DNA of 50,577 bases from an uncultured bacterium. GTDB lineage: Bacteria; SAR324; NAC60-12. The translations under genes and the position numbers were made by a program. Below are positions 47,626 to 50,577 of the stretch, piece by piece (within the stretch, counting starts at the first letter, position 1; each line of letters begins with the position of its first letter). The notes below the pieces were generated by a model. It searched no databases. It was not told where the DNA came from and saw nothing but the letters and a program-made list of their open reading frames with translations. The DNA lies in the NCBI GenBank assembly GCA_965662235.1, contig CBFIGY010000020.1, positions 1 to 50,577 of the forward strand, written 5' to 3'.

Positions 47626-48558
47626 ATGGCCGCAACCACCGGCGTGGTGCTCAAGCGAACCCGGAGCTTCTACTATGTGGATGTCGGAGAGCCCGAGCCT
47701 CGCCTGTGCCGCATCCGGGGGAACCTCTTTGAGACCAGCCGTTACGACCAGCGGGTCGCTGTGGGAGACCAGGTTCGCCTCGACCTCTCAGCGGCAGAAG
47801 ATGCCGGGTGGATTCTGGAAATCCTGCCCCGTCACAGCAAACTGTCCCGGACCTCCCGCGAGGGCAGCACCGAGCAAGTGCTTGTTGCCAACGCTGAGAC
47901 CCTGCTGATTGTGGCGGCGGTCCGCAAGCCCGACTTCCGTCAAGGCCTCACCGACCGCCTGATTGTGGCTGCCCTTGCCGGAAACCTCACCCCCGTCCTA
48001 GTTCTGAATAAAACCGACCTCGCCTCTCCGGAAGCCACAGCCGCCATCCAGGAGCTTTATGAGGGCCTCGGCTACGAAGTCCTCCTCACCAGTGCCACCG
48101 AAGCACAGGGACTGCCGGCTCTGCGCAAACGTTTGCAGGAACGGACTACCGTTCTCAGTGGCCACTCCGGAGTCGGCAAGTCTTCGCTGGTGAAGGCCCT
48201 CTTTCCGGACTGGGACATCCGCATCGGACACGTCAACCACAAGGTCGGCAAGGGACGTCACACCACGGTGCTTGCTGAGATGTACCCGCTTCCGGAAGGC
48301 GGCTACCTCGTGGACACCCCCGGCATCCGCGAATTTGAGCCTGCCGGCGTCACCCGGACGAACCTAGACACCTTCTTCAACGAGCTTGCCCCCTACCGGA
48401 CGCAGTGCCGGTTTGTCGGGTGCAGTCACCAGCATGAACCCGAGTGTGCCGTCAAGGAAGCCTTGGCCGCCGGGCAGCTGCGCCCCTCACGCTACGAGAG
48501 CTTCGTTGCCTTCTGGCAATCCCTGCCCGACGGGTCCGACTGGAAGACATCGAGCTGA
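47626..48558 (+). CDS. rsgA: Ribosome small subunit-dependent GTPase A
   Basis: NKTD, GHSGVGKSS, GRHTT, DTPG, C-x4-C-x-H-x5-C zinc motif. Confidence 0.95.
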   Translation: MAATTGVVLKRTRSFYYVDVGEPEPRLCRIRGNLFETSRYDQRVAVGDQVRLDLSAAEDAGWILEILPRHSKLSRTSREGSTEQVLVANAETLLIVAAVRKPDFRQGLTDRLIVAALAGNLTPVLVLNKTDLASPEATAAIQELYEGLGYEVLLTSATEAQGLPALRKRLQERTTVLSGHSGVGKSSLVKALFPDWDIRIGHVNHKVGKGRHTTVLAEMYPLPEGGYLVDTPGIREFEPAGVTRTNLDTFFNELAPYRTQCRFVGCSHQHEPECAVKEALAAGQLRPSRYESFVAFWQSLPDGSDWKTSS

Positions 48559-48572
48559 ACTGAAAATTCGCG

Positions 48573-48601
48573 TTGACAAGTGCAGGAGAAGACCGGAGAA
48601 T
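48573..48601 (+). promoter_or_regulatory. Sigma70 promoter of the tRNA pair
   Basis: TTGACA-17 bp-GAGAAT. Confidence 0.6.
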
Positions 48602-48642
48602 AGTCAGTTCTGGATTTTTCCAGACCAACCCCTTCAAGGTGT

Positions 48643-48732
48643 GGAGGAGTGGGTGAGTGGCTGAAACCAGCACATTGCTAATGTGCCGTATGGGTAACCG
48701 TACCGAGGGTTCGAATCCCTCCTCCTCCGCCA
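48643..48732 (+). tRNA. tRNA-Ser(GCT)
   Basis: Acceptor GGAGGAG/CTCCTCC, anticodon arm GCACA-TTGCTAA-TGTGC, long variable arm, GTTCGAATC, encoded CCA. Confidence 0.95.
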
Positions 48733-48740
48733 CTTGATCA

Positions 48741-48817
48741 GCACCCGTAGCTCAGCTGGATAGAGCGTCTGATTGCGGTTCAGAAGGTCGATGGTTCGAA
48801 TCCATCCGGGTGCGCCA
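48741..48817 (+). tRNA. tRNA-Arg(GCG)
   Basis: Acceptor GCACCCG/CGGGTGC, anticodon arm TCTGA-TTGCGGT-TCAGA, GTTCGAATC, encoded CCA. Confidence 0.93.
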
Positions 48818-48876
48818 CCTTTCCCCTATTTCCCTTGCTTTCCCCTCAGCAGCAGCAAGCCGTTCTGGTTCCTGGA

Positions 48877-49557
48877 ATGGAGGCCGGGCTTCCCTTTGCC
48901 GACTACCAGGCTCGTCCCGGACTGAACCAGAGTACCCTCCGGCAGCAGCTCGTCTCGCGACCCGCAGCGCCCCAAGCTCACTCGCTCGCCCTCGAAGCCG
49001 GAAACGTGGGACACTGCCTGTTCCTTGAGCCCGACCGCTTTTACGCTGAGTACCAGCGGGCTCCGGAAGGCTGGCGCCCTCGAGGAAAAGAGGGACGGCA
49101 GCGCTGGCAGGACCAGGAACAGCGCACCGGCAAAACGCTGCTGCGGGCCAACCTCTGGGATGGCCTGCACCGCGCCCGACAGGTCACCTGGGCACATCCG
49201 CAGGCCCGGACGCTGCTGGAAACGGCGGTTCCGGAGCTTTCCCTGTTCTGGAACCAGGGCGCTCTTGCCTGCAAGGCTCGGCTAGATGGATGGGTTCCGG
49301 ACGCGTCTGTGGTCTTTGACCTCAAGTTCACTGGCCACGTCACCGCCTCAGACCTCCCCCGCTTCATTGACCTCCGGCACCTCGACCTTCAGGCCGCTTG
49401 GTACCACGCCGGCATCCATGCCCTCACCGGACAGCGCCCTCAGTGCCTCCTCCTCATTGTCGAACGCTTTGCCCCCCACCGCCTCCTGCTCCACCCCTTC
49501 TCCCCAGAAGAAATGGCGGCAGGCCTAAAAAAAATCGACTCGGCCCTTGCACTTTAA
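48877..49557 (+). CDS. PD-(D/E)XK nuclease, RecE/exodeoxyribonuclease VIII-like (DUF3799)
   Basis: GNVGHCLFLEP, PELSLFW, CKARLD, FDLKFT, DLQAAWY; start uncertain (48835 or 48877). Confidence 0.8.
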   Translation: MEAGLPFADYQARPGLNQSTLRQQLVSRPAAPQAHSLALEAGNVGHCLFLEPDRFYAEYQRAPEGWRPRGKEGRQRWQDQEQRTGKTLLRANLWDGLHRARQVTWAHPQARTLLETAVPELSLFWNQGALACKARLDGWVPDASVVFDLKFTGHVTASDLPRFIDLRHLDLQAAWYHAGIHALTGQRPQCLLLIVERFAPHRLLLHPFSPEEMAAGLKKIDSALAL

Positions 49558-49666
49558 CCACAACTTTCATAGGGTACTACGCTGTTTCTCAGTGAAGAAA
49601 CGGGCTTTTTCAGATTAAAGTTACATTAGTCACTTGACACTGAAAAAGGAACATCGTCTTATTAGA

Positions 49667-50085
49667 GCGTGAATCCTGAGGGGCTGCGACACGCTCGTAG
49701 AACCTGAACGAAACTCCTTGACGGCCTGCTGGTCGTCGCAAAGGGGGAAGCCACTTCCGCACTCCGTACCCTGAGCCCTCGGCTCACCCGGGGTCGCTTC
49801 GAGGGATTTCGTTCAGGCTTCCACTAGGATCATGCCTGTGGGGACAACCACGGACCAGCTGTCGGCCAGGGCATCTGGACTCCGTTACTGGCAAGGGACA
49901 GTGACTCGTCATTGTTTCCGACACCGCCTCCTGTGCGGTCTCTTGGTCCAGAAGCTGCAACAGTTTCTGGATTCGGTTTCTGAAGCAGAGAAACCTCGAG
50001 GGCAGTTGCACCTGTGCCTGCATCTGCACCATGCTTTTGATCCGTTGTTGCGAATGACCGCAGCAACACATCACTTCATGAATCA
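49667..50085 (+). ncRNA. Long, highly structured non-coding leader or ncRNA upstream of the porin-like gene
   Basis: Long-range pairing 49703-49713 with 49807-49817 and many local hairpins; TTGACA at 49634. Confidence 0.45.
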
Positions 50086-50098
50086 AGGAGATTTCCTT

Positions 50099-50577
50099 AT
50101 GAAGAAGCTCAGCAATCTGATGCTCGCCGCAGTGGCAACCGCTGCACTGGCTTCCCCAGCCATGGCTTGGGACTTCGGTGTGACCGGCTCCGCTTCCGCT
50201 ACCTTCAACCAGACCACAACCAAAGCAAACGAAGACGCTGATGCCGTTGCCAAGATGGAAGTCGGCAGTGAGTCCGGTGCTATTGTGCTGTCTTCCAGCA
50301 ACACCGACGGCGACAACTCAGTCTCCTTCAGCTACACCCTGGATTGGGATGGCAACATGGATGAAGTTGCTGCAGTCAGCGGAAGCACCAAGGTCGGTAA
50401 CTGGACCGGTAGTGCCTCCATTGACTACAACCTCGATCGCAATACCAGTGGCTTCCAAGCTGATGATGATCGACCGGTGGTTACCCTTACGGATGGCACC
50501 ATGACCGTCAAGTTGGGGAACGCCGCTCACCTGCCGACAGCTGGAAACGCGACTGATGGTGTCGCTAGCGGCTCCGT
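50099..50577 (+). CDS. Exported, probably porin-like outer-membrane protein (partial, runs off window)
   Basis: AAGGAG RBS; MKKLSNLMLAAVATAALASPAMA signal peptide, then WDFGVTGSASATF and other beta-strand-like segments; strongly biased codons; missing from the ORF track. Confidence 0.75.
   Translation, partial: MKKLSNLMLAAVATAALASPAMAWDFGVTGSASATFNQTTTKANEDADAVAKMEVGSESGAIVLSSSNTDGDNSVSFSYTLDWDGNMDEVAAVSGSTKVGNWTGSASIDYNLDRNTSGFQADDDRPVVTLTDGTMTVKLGNAAHLPTAGNATDGVASGS

Noticed and set aside
48452..48733. 93-aa minus-strand ORF MAEEEGFEPS...
   Set aside because: Typical spurious translation of the antisense strand of a tRNA-Ser gene
48643..50577. Prophage or genomic island integrated at the tRNAs
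   Set aside because: No integrase, att duplication, phage structural genes or GC shift; only the single RecE-like gene

Overview
GC-rich (about 60%) bacterial chromosome segment with no transposase, integrase, CRISPR array or rRNA. Gene content and protein style suggest a deltaproteobacteria-like lineage such as SAR324 (inference only). Left to right: (i) a minus-strand operon of an outer-membrane beta-barrel, a FecR-domain protein and a giant lipoprotein adhesin (at least 1990 aa, runs off the window, absent from the ORF track) carrying about 40 D-N-x-S/T motifs; (ii) a Pro-rich lipoprotein and a CARDB protein; (iii) a sulfide/persulfide oxidation operon (TauE, SQR, SqrR/BigR-like regulator, PDO-rhodanese) whose promoter shares a 13-bp motif with a second SqrR/BigR-like-yeeE-yeeE operon about 29.6 kb away; (iv) housekeeping and metabolic genes (truA, trxA, dapF, mobA, cobM/cobK/cbiD/pduO, gloA, folP, rsgA, a two-component system); (v) a three-copy ~64-nt structured repeat with compensatory base changes between dapF and mobA; (vi) an orphan GspD secretin with six N-domains; (vii) tRNA-Ser(GCT) and an uncommon tRNA-Arg(GCG), an orphan RecE-like nuclease, and a long structured leader before a porin-like gene. 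All family calls come from motif recognition by eye, not from database searches.
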